In this document: positions 32,302-39,462 of the stretch, one piece after another
How the letters are laid out: every line of letters starts with the position of its first letter
Position numbering within the stretch: position 1 is the first letter of the stretch
DNA from: a virus
Lineage: Duplodnaviria; Caudoviricetes
DNA length: 39,462 bases
Reading direction: 5' to 3' (one strand)
IMG/VR virus record: IMGVR_UViG_3300037483_000650
Location: 1 to 39,462 of that record
Position numbers and translations under genes: made by a program
Notes under the pieces: model-generated
The model's input: only the letters and a program-made list of their open reading frames with translations
Told to the model about the DNA's origin: nothing
The model's database searches: none

Positions 32302-33078
32302 ATGACCACGCTTGCAGCGAACAAGCCGCGCGCCCACGAGGGCGGCACCAGGAACGAGCTTCCGGTGATCGCGGCCGATATCATCTTCGAGGGCGCCGCG
32401 GTCGGCGTCGTCGACGCCTCGGGCCATGCCAGGCCATTGAACGCGACGGACCGGTTCGCCGGATTCGCCGAGGCCAAGGCCGACAACGCGGCCGGTGCCG
32501 CGGCGGCGATCAACTGCCGCGTCGTCGAGGCCGGCAAGGTCGAGCTCCCGGTCTCGGGCGCGGTGATCACCGACGTCGGCCAGCCGGTCTACGCCACGGA
32601 CGACGACACCTTCACCTTCGTGCCGACCTCGGCGGCGTTCATCGGCTTCGTCCATCGTTTCGTGAGCGCCGGGGTGGTCGTGGTCGCCTTCGATGCCGTC
32701 AATTACGAGGACCCGTGGGGGCACAAGACGGTCCGCGAGACGCTGACCGGGATCAAGACGTTCGACGCGCAGGACTCCGGCAAGGTGTTCTTCGTGACCG
32801 ACGCGGGCGACGGCGACGCCCTGACCCTGCCGGCGATAGCCGACGGACTCGGCGGCGTCACCATCGTCGCGATCGGCGCCTTCGGGACGACGCAGGTCAA
32901 GGTCGATCCGGCGGCGGCCGACATGATCCTCGGCCCGGACATCACCGGCGCCGACAACAAGGACCTGCTGCTGACCAAGGCGACGCAGCGCCGCGGCGAT
33001 TTCGTCACGCTGATGCTGGGCGACGCCGACGGTTACGTGGTCACCGAGTTGCGCGGCATCTGGGCCCGCGAGGCCTAG
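32302..33078 (+). CDS. Capsid decoration/cement protein with a C-terminal extra domain
   Basis: MTTLAANKPR...DVGQPVYATDDDTF...IGFV. Directly upstream of the capsid gene. Confidence 0.7.
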   Translation: MTTLAANKPRAHEGGTRNELPVIAADIIFEGAAVGVVDASGHARPLNATDRFAGFAEAKADNAAGAAAAINCRVVEAGKVELPVSGAVITDVGQPVYATDDDTFTFVPTSAAFIGFVHRFVSAGVVVVAFDAVNYEDPWGHKTVRETLTGIKTFDAQDSGKVFFVTDAGDGDALTLPAIADGLGGVTIVAIGAFGTTQVKVDPAAADMILGPDITGADNKDLLLTKATQRRGDFVTLMLGDADGYVVTELRGIWAREA

Positions 33079-33145
33079 TCGCCGGCATGGCGCGGCCGGG
33101 CGGCACCCGTCGCCCGGCTCCACTCTCATCGGAAAGGAAAACACG

Positions 33146-34099
33146 ATGGACCAGTCATTGCTGTCCAGCCGCGCGATCATGGGCATGTACTTCGCGCGCC
33201 TCGAGGCCGATCCCGGCAACATGTGGATGGACTCCGTCGCCAACCTGTTCGCGTCCGACCAGGCGAGCGAGACCTACAACTGGCTCGGCCAGACGCCGGC
33301 GATGCGCGAATGGATTGGCGGACGCCAGGCCAAGGGCTTCACCGGCCAGGGGCTCACGATCGTCAACAGCCACTACGAGGCGACGATCGAGCTCCAGAAG
33401 AAGGATGTTCGGCGCGACAAGACGCCGCAGATCCGGGCACGGATGGACGAACTCGCCGACCGCGGGCTCACCCATTGGGGCTCGCTGCTCTCGACCCTCC
33501 TGATCGACGGGGAATCAACGGTCTGCTACGACGGCCAGTTCTACTTCGACACCGACCATTCCGAAGGCGATTCCGGCGACCAGGACAACGACATCAGCGT
33601 CGACATTTCGGAACTGCCGGCGGCGGTCCACGGCACGACGACGGCGCCGTCGGTCGAGGAGATGCAGCAGGCGATCCTCAAGGGGATCGCGCAGATACTC
33701 AGCTTCGTCGACGATCGCGGCGAGCCGATGAACGAGATGGCGCGGCGGTTCGCGGTCATCGTCCCGGTGTCGCTTTTCCTCACGGCGACGGCGGCGGTGT
33801 CGGCGATCGCGACGGCGGCGCTGCAGCAGAACCTCAACCCGAACATCATCGCCGGGCTCACGGTCGACGTATTCATGAACGCGCGGCTCTCGGCCTGGAC
33901 CGACAAGTTCGTGGTCTTCCGCTCGGACTCGCCGATCCGGGGGCTGATCCGGCAGAGCGAGCAGGATGTCGAGCTCAAAGCCAAGGCGGAGGGGTCGGAG
34001 TTCGAGTTCGACAACGACGCCTGGCAGTTCGGCATCGATGCCTGGCGCGGGGTCGGATACGGCCACTGGCAGCGGGCCTGCCTGGTGACGCTCACCTGA
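33146..34099 (+). CDS. Major capsid protein, Mu gpT-like
   Basis: ETYNWLGQTPAMREWIGGR, YEATI, CYDGQFYFDTDH and GVGYGHWQ motifs. RBS AAGGA. Confidence 0.92.
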   Translation: MDQSLLSSRAIMGMYFARLEADPGNMWMDSVANLFASDQASETYNWLGQTPAMREWIGGRQAKGFTGQGLTIVNSHYEATIELQKKDVRRDKTPQIRARMDELADRGLTHWGSLLSTLLIDGESTVCYDGQFYFDTDHSEGDSGDQDNDISVDISELPAAVHGTTTAPSVEEMQQAILKGIAQILSFVDDRGEPMNEMARRFAVIVPVSLFLTATAAVSAIATAALQQNLNPNIIAGLTVDVFMNARLSAWTDKFVVFRSDSPIRGLIRQSEQDVELKAKAEGSEFEFDNDAWQFGIDAWRGVGYGHWQRACLVTLT

Positions 34100-34116
34100 T
34101 CGGTCGTCACTCGGTT

Positions 34117-34151
34117 GCGGGCGGGGCTTTCCTCGAGGCCCCGCCCGCGTT
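34117..34151 (+). terminator. Hairpin / weak terminator after the capsid gene
   Basis: gcgggcggggct...ggccccgcccgc 12-bp stem with only a short T tail. Confidence 0.55.
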
Positions 34152-34198
34152 CCCCGGGCGCCGCGACGCCCCGGCAACGCGAGCAAGGGAGATCACAG

Positions 34199-34516
34199 AT
34201 GAAGCTCTACACGGTCGAGGGCGGCGTGCTGAGGCTGGGGCCGGGGCAGGCGATGACGGTGAGCCCGGAGCAACTCGCGCGGCGGCGGCACATGCTCGAT
34301 GTCATCGCCGAAAGCGAGGACGGCAACCGCATCGAAGCCAGGTCGACGAGGCGCTGCCAGTTCAAGGTCGGCGAGGTCATCGGATTGCCCGATCTCCCAG
34401 CCAGTCTCGTAAACATCCTGATCCCGGTGGGGGCGCCGGACAGCATCACCGACAAGGCGGCCGCCGCCGGCGGGCCCAGGCGGCGCCGCGCCAGGACCGG
34501 CCCAGGGGGCGAGTGA
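34199..34516 (+). CDS. Hypothetical head-associated protein
   Basis: RBS GGGAG before ATG 34199. QFKVGEVIG motif. Confidence 0.65.
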   Translation: MKLYTVEGGVLRLGPGQAMTVSPEQLARRRHMLDVIAESEDGNRIEARSTRRCQFKVGEVIGLPDLPASLVNILIPVGAPDSITDKAAAAGGPRRRRARTGPGGE

Positions 34517-34522
34517 TCCGCG

Positions 34523-34843
34523 ATGGCCGTCGAGTCCGCCGGCGACCTCGCGTCATTCTTCGGCCCGGCCGAGTTCGCGGTTGGCGCGATCTATTCGCTG
34601 GCGCGGGGTGGCGATACGGCGATCACCGGCATCTTCGACGCCGGCTACACGCGGATCGCCGGCATCGGGCAGGCGGCCATGACCAGCGTCCAGCCGACCT
34701 TCACCGTGAGGACCTCGGATCTCCCGGCGCCGGCGCGGCAGGACTCCGGCGACACGGTGAGGATTTCCGGCGTCCGCTACAAGGTCGTCGAGGTCCAGCC
34801 CTCCGATGACGGCGCCGTGTCGACGCTGATCCTGTCACGGTGA
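34523..34843 (+). CDS. Head-tail joining protein (gpFII-like)
   Basis: EFAV...ITGIFD...GDTVRISGVRYKVVEVQPSDDG. Confidence 0.8.
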   Translation: MAVESAGDLASFFGPAEFAVGAIYSLARGGDTAITGIFDAGYTRIAGIGQAAMTSVQPTFTVRTSDLPAPARQDSGDTVRISGVRYKVVEVQPSDDGAVSTLILSR

Positions 34844-34847
34844 GCCG

Positions 34848-35288
34848 ATGAGTCATGTGCGACAGCAAATCCGCGCCGCGGTGGTGGCCAGGCTCACCGG
34901 TCTGGCGACAACGGGGACGCGCGTCAGCGCTAGCCGGGTCCATCCGGTGGCCCGGGGCGCCGGGCCCACGCTCGCGGTCTACACGCTGGATGAGGAGTCC
35001 GAGCGCATGTCGATCGGCGCCGATCCCGAGATGGACCGGACGTTGACGCTGGGGGTCGAGGTCCTGGTCCAGTCGGCGGAATTCGACGACCAGATGGATG
35101 ATGTCTGCGCCGAGGTCGAGGCGCGGCTGGGCGGCTGGCGGCCGGGAGACCCGAAGGTGCGCGAACTCGTGCTGGTGTCGACCGAAATCCAGCCGCATGG
35201 CGAGGGCGAGGTCACGGCCGGATCATGCGTGATGGGGTGGCAGACGAGTTACGTGACCCTTGCGTCCGATCCGACGATTGCACTGTAA
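34848..35288 (+). CDS. Tail terminator (gpU-like)
   Basis: MSHVRQQIRAAVVARL...VYTLDE...DDQMDDVCAEVE. Confidence 0.75.
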   Translation: MSHVRQQIRAAVVARLTGLATTGTRVSASRVHPVARGAGPTLAVYTLDEESERMSIGADPEMDRTLTLGVEVLVQSAEFDDQMDDVCAEVEARLGGWRPGDPKVRELVLVSTEIQPHGEGEVTAGSCVMGWQTSYVTLASDPTIAL

Positions 35289-35308
35289 CTCAAACGGGGG
35301 AGACCCAC

Positions 35309-35881
35309 ATGCGACGACTGTTCGCCGCGCTGGCGCTCGCGCTGGCGCTCGCGCCGTTCGGCTTCGCGGCCGGCGCCGACACGCTGACCTCACGGATTCA
35401 TGGGTGCATCTCCGGGCGGCTGCTCGGGACGAACGATCTGGGGACGGTCGCGACCGAATTCCCGGTTTGCGATCCGGACGCGCTCGCCAACGGCACCGCC
35501 TCGGATCAGGCCGATCTGATCTTCGCCGACCAGCGGACGATCGCGGCCTCGTCAACGGAGAATCTCGACCTCGCCGGGGTGCTCGTCAGTCCGCACGGGG
35601 CGACGCTGACGCTCGCGACCGTCAAGGCGATCTACGTTCTCGCCGCCGCGGCGAACACCAACAATGTCGTCATCGGAGGCGCCGCATCCAACACCTTCAC
35701 CGGTCCGTTCGCCGATGCGACCGACAAGATCGCGGTCCGGCCCGGCGGCATATGGGTCATCTCGGCGCCGGAAACGGGATGGACGGTCACGGCGGGGACC
35801 GGGGATATCCTGCTGGTCGCGAACTCGGCCGCGGGCAGCGGCGTGACCTACGACATCATCATCGTCGGCACCTCGTCCTGA
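35309..35881 (+). CDS. Beta-rich putative virion protein with a signal-peptide-like N-terminus
   Basis: RBS GGGAG. MRRLFAALALALALAPFGFAAGA-D, then NGTASDQAD...LDLAG...VTAGTGDIL...YDIIIVG. Confidence 0.75.
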   Translation: MRRLFAALALALALAPFGFAAGADTLTSRIHGCISGRLLGTNDLGTVATEFPVCDPDALANGTASDQADLIFADQRTIAASSTENLDLAGVLVSPHGATLTLATVKAIYVLAAAANTNNVVIGGAASNTFTGPFADATDKIAVRPGGIWVISAPETGWTVTAGTGDILLVANSAAGSGVTYDIIIVGTSS

Positions 35882-35919
35882 CGGACGGCGGGCGCGCTCA
35901 CTCTCGAGAGGAGGTCTGA

Positions 35920-36306
35920 ATGGCCACGCATCACGGTAACGAGGGCGTCGTCAAGGTCGGCGGGGTCGCGGTGGCGCACGTCCAGAACTGGAGTCTCACG
36001 GTCACCGCCGACGTGGTCGAAAGCCACGGGATGGGCGACACCTGGAAGGAGAGGCTCGTCGGCCACAAGGACTGGAACGCCCAGCTCGCGGTCCTGTGGG
36101 ACGAGACCGATGCCGGCCAGGGCGCGCTCGACGAGGGCGCCGCGGTGACCCTCGATCTCTACCCCGAAGGCGATGGGGCCGGAGACACCTATTTCAGCGG
36201 CGCCGGGACGGTGACCGAGGTCGGGCGGTCGGCGTCGCTCGACGGACGGGTGGAGGCCACGATGTCGGTCGCCGGGAATGGCGCGCTCACCGAGAGCACG
36301 GTCTGA
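35920..36306 (+). CDS. Major tail tube protein
   Basis: RBS GAGGAGG. HGNEGVVK...WSL...MGDTWK...LYPEG...GNGALT. Confidence 0.85.
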   Translation: MATHHGNEGVVKVGGVAVAHVQNWSLTVTADVVESHGMGDTWKERLVGHKDWNAQLAVLWDETDAGQGALDEGAAVTLDLYPEGDGAGDTYFSGAGTVTEVGRSASLDGRVEATMSVAGNGALTESTV

Positions 36307-36309
36307 CAG

Positions 36310-36645
36310 ATGAGCATCATCGATCGGGTGTCGGATCACTATCGCAGTCTCGATCGGGGCCGGATGGAGGTTCCGGAGTGGGGCGAGGGGGATGGGCCGC
36401 TCATCGTGACGTGGACGGACTTCACGCTGCAGGAACACTCGGCGCTCAGCAAGCTCTCCGGGGGCGACAATTTCCGGCTCGCCTGCCACGCGATCGAGCG
36501 CAACGCGAGAAACGATGCCGGGGAAAGGCTGTTCGCAAGCGGCGACGCGCTGAAACTGATGCGCGGCGCCGACCGCCGCGTGGTGCTTCGCATCGCGAGC
36601 GCGATGCTCGACGTTGGCACCCTCGAGGACGCGGAAAAAAACTGA
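36310..36645 (+). CDS. Tail assembly chaperone (gpG-like)
   Basis: Between the tube and tape measure genes. Ends EKN* at a slippery site. Confidence 0.85.
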   Translation: MSIIDRVSDHYRSLDRGRMEVPEWGEGDGPLIVTWTDFTLQEHSALSKLSGGDNFRLACHAIERNARNDAGERLFASGDALKLMRGADRRVVLRIASAMLDVGTLEDAEKN

Positions 36646-36794
36646 AAGGCGATCCCGATCGGATGACGATCTTCGCGCTCGCGGATCGCCTGCACATGAC
36701 CGTCGGCGACCTCGTGGCGAAGATGAGCGTCCGCGAGTTCACCGAGTGGCTCGCATACGCGAAGATTCGGAGAGAGCGAGATGGCGGCGGCTGA
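36636..36794 (+). CDS. -1 frameshift extension of the chaperone (gpGT-like)
   Basis: A-AAA-AAC at 36636-36642. The -1 frame reads LKGDPDRMTIFALADRLHMTVGDL...EFTEWLAY. Confidence 0.85.
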   Translation, partial: KKLKGDPDRMTIFALADRLHMTVGDLVAKMSVREFTEWLAYAKIRRERDGGG

Positions 36795-38241
36795 TCTCCG
36801 GTTCGACATCGCGGCCGTGGACAGGACCGGCGCGGCGTTCGCGAAGCTGAATCGCGGGCTTGATGGCGCGCTCGCGGCGACGACGCGGGTGACGCGCGCG
36901 GCCCACGCCCTGTCGGCGGCGTTCGTTCCGCTGGCGGTGTTCGGCGGGGCGCTGGCCGCGTTCCGCGGGTTCAAGAATACCGTCGAGTCTCTCGCCAAGG
37001 TTGGTGATGTGGCCGACAAGGTCGGCCTCACTGTCGAGCAGTTGCAGGAACTGAGATTCGCCGGCGAGCAAACAGGCGTCGCCGCCAATCAGGTCGACAT
37101 GGCGATGCAGAGGTTCTCGCGCAGGATCGCGCAGGCTGCTTCCGGAACCGGCGAACTCAAGGCGATCGTCGAAGCCAACAATCTCCAGCTTCGCAACACG
37201 GACGGGACGCTGCGGCCACTCAACGACATCTTCCGCGACTACGCGGACCTCATCCGCAACGCCGGATCGGAATCCGATCAGCTGTTGCTCGCGTTCAAGG
37301 CGTTCGATTCCGAGGGTGCCGCGTTCGTTAACGCGCTCGACAAGGGCGCGGCCGGCCTCGACGAGATGGCGGGAAAATTCCGCGACCTCGGTGGCGCGGT
37401 CGATCGCGAGGGGATCGACCGGGTGCACAGGTTCGGCGATGCCTGGCAGCGGGTGACGACGTTCATCGAACGTACCTTCCAGGATCTGGTCATCTTCGTG
37501 GTCGAGGGCTGGGACATGATCGCCAACGCGATCGAACGGGCGGCCCATGCGATCGGCCAGACGATCGCCAGCCTGCTCAACAGCGGACCGATGCAGCGGT
37601 TCCTGTCGCTGTTCGGGGCGGAGGGCAAATTCGTCACGCCGCCGCTGGAACTCAGGATCACCAAGCCACCCGAGCTCGATCTGCCACGGGTGCCAACGAT
37701 CATTCCGCAGGCCAGCGAGCAAGCCAAAAAAATCGACGAACTGAAAGGCAAGACCGACGAGCTTGCCCGATCCGCCGATAGCTACGCGACCACGTTCGCG
37801 AGAGGCCTTTCCGATCTCATCGTTCGCGGCCACAGCTTCGCCGACGTGCTGGGACGGATCGGCGAGCAGTTCGCCGACCAGGCCATCCAGGCGGCGATCA
37901 GCGGACTGTTCCAGCCGCAGGGCGGGGCCGAAGGCGGCGTTTTCGCGCAGCTCGGGAGCCTGTTCGCGGGGTTCTTCGCCGATGGCGGGCGGATCGGGTC
38001 CGGGCGGATCGGGATGGTCGGCGAGCGCGGGCCCGAACTCGTGGCCGGCCCGGCGACGGTGACGCCGATGGCGGGCGGGGCGGGACTGGTCTACGCGCCG
38101 ACGATCACCGCCGGGATGACGGCGATGGACCGCGCGTGGCTGCGCGGCGAACTGGTCCGGAGCCAGGCCGAGGCGGTCCGGATGATGGAGCGGCGCCAGG
38201 GCGAGAGGTTGCGCGGCCGGTCGGACGCGATCTGGCCATGA
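36781..38241 (+). CDS. Tape measure protein (486 aa)
   Basis: IAAVDRTGAAF start, helical Ala-rich body and GFFADGG...MVGERGPE C-terminus. Confidence 0.9.
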   Translation: MAAADLRFDIAAVDRTGAAFAKLNRGLDGALAATTRVTRAAHALSAAFVPLAVFGGALAAFRGFKNTVESLAKVGDVADKVGLTVEQLQELRFAGEQTGVAANQVDMAMQRFSRRIAQAASGTGELKAIVEANNLQLRNTDGTLRPLNDIFRDYADLIRNAGSESDQLLLAFKAFDSEGAAFVNALDKGAAGLDEMAGKFRDLGGAVDREGIDRVHRFGDAWQRVTTFIERTFQDLVIFVVEGWDMIANAIERAAHAIGQTIASLLNSGPMQRFLSLFGAEGKFVTPPLELRITKPPELDLPRVPTIIPQASEQAKKIDELKGKTDELARSADSYATTFARGLSDLIVRGHSFADVLGRIGEQFADQAIQAAISGLFQPQGGAEGGVFAQLGSLFAGFFADGGRIGSGRIGMVGERGPELVAGPATVTPMAGGAGLVYAPTITAGMTAMDRAWLRGELVRSQAEAVRMMERRQGERLRGRSDAIWP

Positions 38242-38960
38242 GCGTGATCACGCTGCCCGAGGACATCGTCCGGGTCGCCGAGCGCTCGTTCCGGCTCGCC
38301 GCGACCAATCTCAGCTCGCAGGGTCTGTTCGGCGGTCAGGTCCTCACCTATGGCCCGGTCGCGCAACGCTGGGTCGCGAGTCTGGAATTCGCGCCGATGC
38401 GGCGAGATCGATGGCAGGCATGGGACGGCATCCTCGCCGGCCTCGGCGGCCAGACGGGTCTCGTCAGGGCGGGCGATCCGGCGCGGCGGCGGCCGTATTA
38501 CGACAGCCTCGCCACGGTCGGCGGCGCGAACTGGGACGACGGAACCGGCTGGGACGACGGCACCTCGTGGTCGGAGGGCCTGCTGCCGCCGACGGTCGCG
38601 GTCGGCGCCGCCGCGGCCCGCGGCGCGACGTTCATCCAGCTCGCGTTTCCGGCCGGGTTCGAGTCCCTCGCGGCGGTGCTGAGGCCGGGCGACCTGATCG
38701 AGATTCGCCCCGGCGGGCTGCCGGCCCAGCACGGCCATCTCTACATCGCGACCGGAACCACCGGCACCAACGCCGCCGGCGGCGCCGGGGTCGCGATCTC
38801 GCCGCCGGTGCGCGCCGGCATCGCCGCCGGCGACACGGCGGCGCTGCGCGATCCGACGACCGTATTCCGGCTCGCGTCCGACGACGCTGGCGAGATCAGC
38901 GTCGATTCGGCGCTGATCGGCCGGCTCGGGCTCGCGCTGATCGAGGTGCTGCCGCGATGA
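38238..38960 (+). CDS. Distal tail protein
   Basis: Follows the TMP with ATGA overlap. WDDGTGWDDG and ISPPVR motifs. Confidence 0.75.
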   Translation: MSVITLPEDIVRVAERSFRLAATNLSSQGLFGGQVLTYGPVAQRWVASLEFAPMRRDRWQAWDGILAGLGGQTGLVRAGDPARRRPYYDSLATVGGANWDDGTGWDDGTSWSEGLLPPTVAVGAAAARGATFIQLAFPAGFESLAAVLRPGDLIEIRPGGLPAQHGHLYIATGTTGTNAAGGAGVAISPPVRAGIAAGDTAALRDPTTVFRLASDDAGEISVDSALIGRLGLALIEVLPR

Positions 38961-39462
38961 TCCTGACCACGGTCGGGCTCGCCCAGTCGATCAGGCGCGG
39001 CTGGCCGATCGCGCTCCTCGCCCATGTGGATCATCCCGACGGGGCGGTGGCGGTGTGGTCGGGGATCGGCGACCTCGATCACGAGGGCACGATCTACGAG
39101 GGCGTCGGCCGGCTCGGCGGGATTTCCGGGGTCGGCGGATCGCTGAGGCTGGCGGTGCGCGAGATCGCGTTCGATCTCGCCGGGGTGCCGCCGGAGGCGA
39201 CCGAGAGCCTCAACGCGCGGGTGCGCGGGCGCGAGGCGCGGGCCTGGATCGCCGGGCTGACCGCGGACGGGGCGCGGGTCAACGGGGCGGCGTGGCCGAT
39301 CGTCGCCGGGATCTGCGACACCCAGACGCTCGAGGCGGGCGAGGACGGAACCGCGCGGCTCAGGCTCAGGATCACCGAGCCGGTGTTCGCGATCGAGCGG
39401 GCGCAGAACCTCGCCTTCACGCCCGAATGGCTGAACGCCCGGTTCCCGGACTCGCCGGACCG
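38957..39462 (+). CDS. Minor tail protein (gpL-like), 5' part; 189 aa after circularisation
   Basis: MILTT...VWSGIGDL...YEGVGRLGGIS. Open to the window end and continues at 188-251. Confidence 0.8.
   Translation, partial: MILTTVGLAQSIRRGWPIALLAHVDHPDGAVAVWSGIGDLDHEGTIYEGVGRLGGISGVGGSLRLAVREIAFDLAGVPPEATESLNARVRGREARAWIAGLTADGARVNGAAWPIVAGICDTQTLEAGEDGTARLRLRITEPVFAIERAQNLAFTPEWLNARFPDSPD
39276..39462 (+). repeat. Terminal direct repeat, right copy
   Basis: Matches 1-187 with two mismatches. Confidence 0.95.

Larger units (their letters stand above)
1..39462. mobile_element. Complete temperate siphophage genome (circular unit about 39,275 bp), likely alphaproteobacterial host
   Basis: Integrase, cI/cro, replication, terminase, portal, capsid, tail and lysis modules are all present. 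The ends overlap by 187 bp. No host genes seen. Confidence 0.95.

Noticed and set aside
33146-34099. Transposable Mu-like phage, suggested by the gpT capsid
   Set aside because: No MuA/MuB transposition genes are present, and integration is by a tyrosine recombinase.
38525-38580. WDDGTGWDDGTSW repeat in the distal tail protein
   Set aside because: A short aromatic-DG repeat is a usual feature of this tail protein type and not a separate element.
26569-39462. Gene transfer agent cluster
   Set aside because: Integrase, attP, immunity, replication and cos-type packaging indicate an autonomous temperate phage.

Overview
The window is one complete, circularly permuted temperate siphophage genome of about 39.3 kb. 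Its ends overlap by 187 bp, splitting a minor tail gene. It is very GC-rich, and the host is most likely an alphaproteobacterium (GapR-like gene, DUF2793 tail protein, alpha-type LexA box, alpha-type promoters). Order in the window: tail tip and fibre genes (1-4.2 kb); an accessory appendage module with a 160-aa protein, a beta-helix protein, an 11x20-aa repeat protein and a BppU-like protein (4.3-7.6 kb); lysis and accessory genes up to a terminator at 10.57 kb; a promoter-bearing two-gene moron; leftward accessory genes; attP; tyrosine integrase and excisionase; early-left genes; a cI/cro switch with four TAGCG-N5-CGCTA operators; early-right genes (ASCH, GapR fusion, HD hydrolase, NDT-like, HTH-ParB-MT-A70, C5 methyltransferase, replication initiator with iterons); a late promoter; a lambda-like cos, terminase, portal and S49 protease; a Mu gpT-type capsid; and tail genes with a -1 frameshift chaperone. 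The most notable observations are: (1) an attP carrying the 5' half of tRNA-Ser(GCT) with its own promoter and an adjacent LexA box, in a phage whose CI appears non-cleavable; (2) five dispersed GACACCY heptamer arrays at gene ends; (3) a multi-hairpin RNA just downstream of cro; (4) two cassettes bounded by in-frame duplicated gene starts; (5) the repeat-scaffold appendage module; (6) a broken tail fibre gene. All family assignments come from motifs recognised by eye, and no database search was run.
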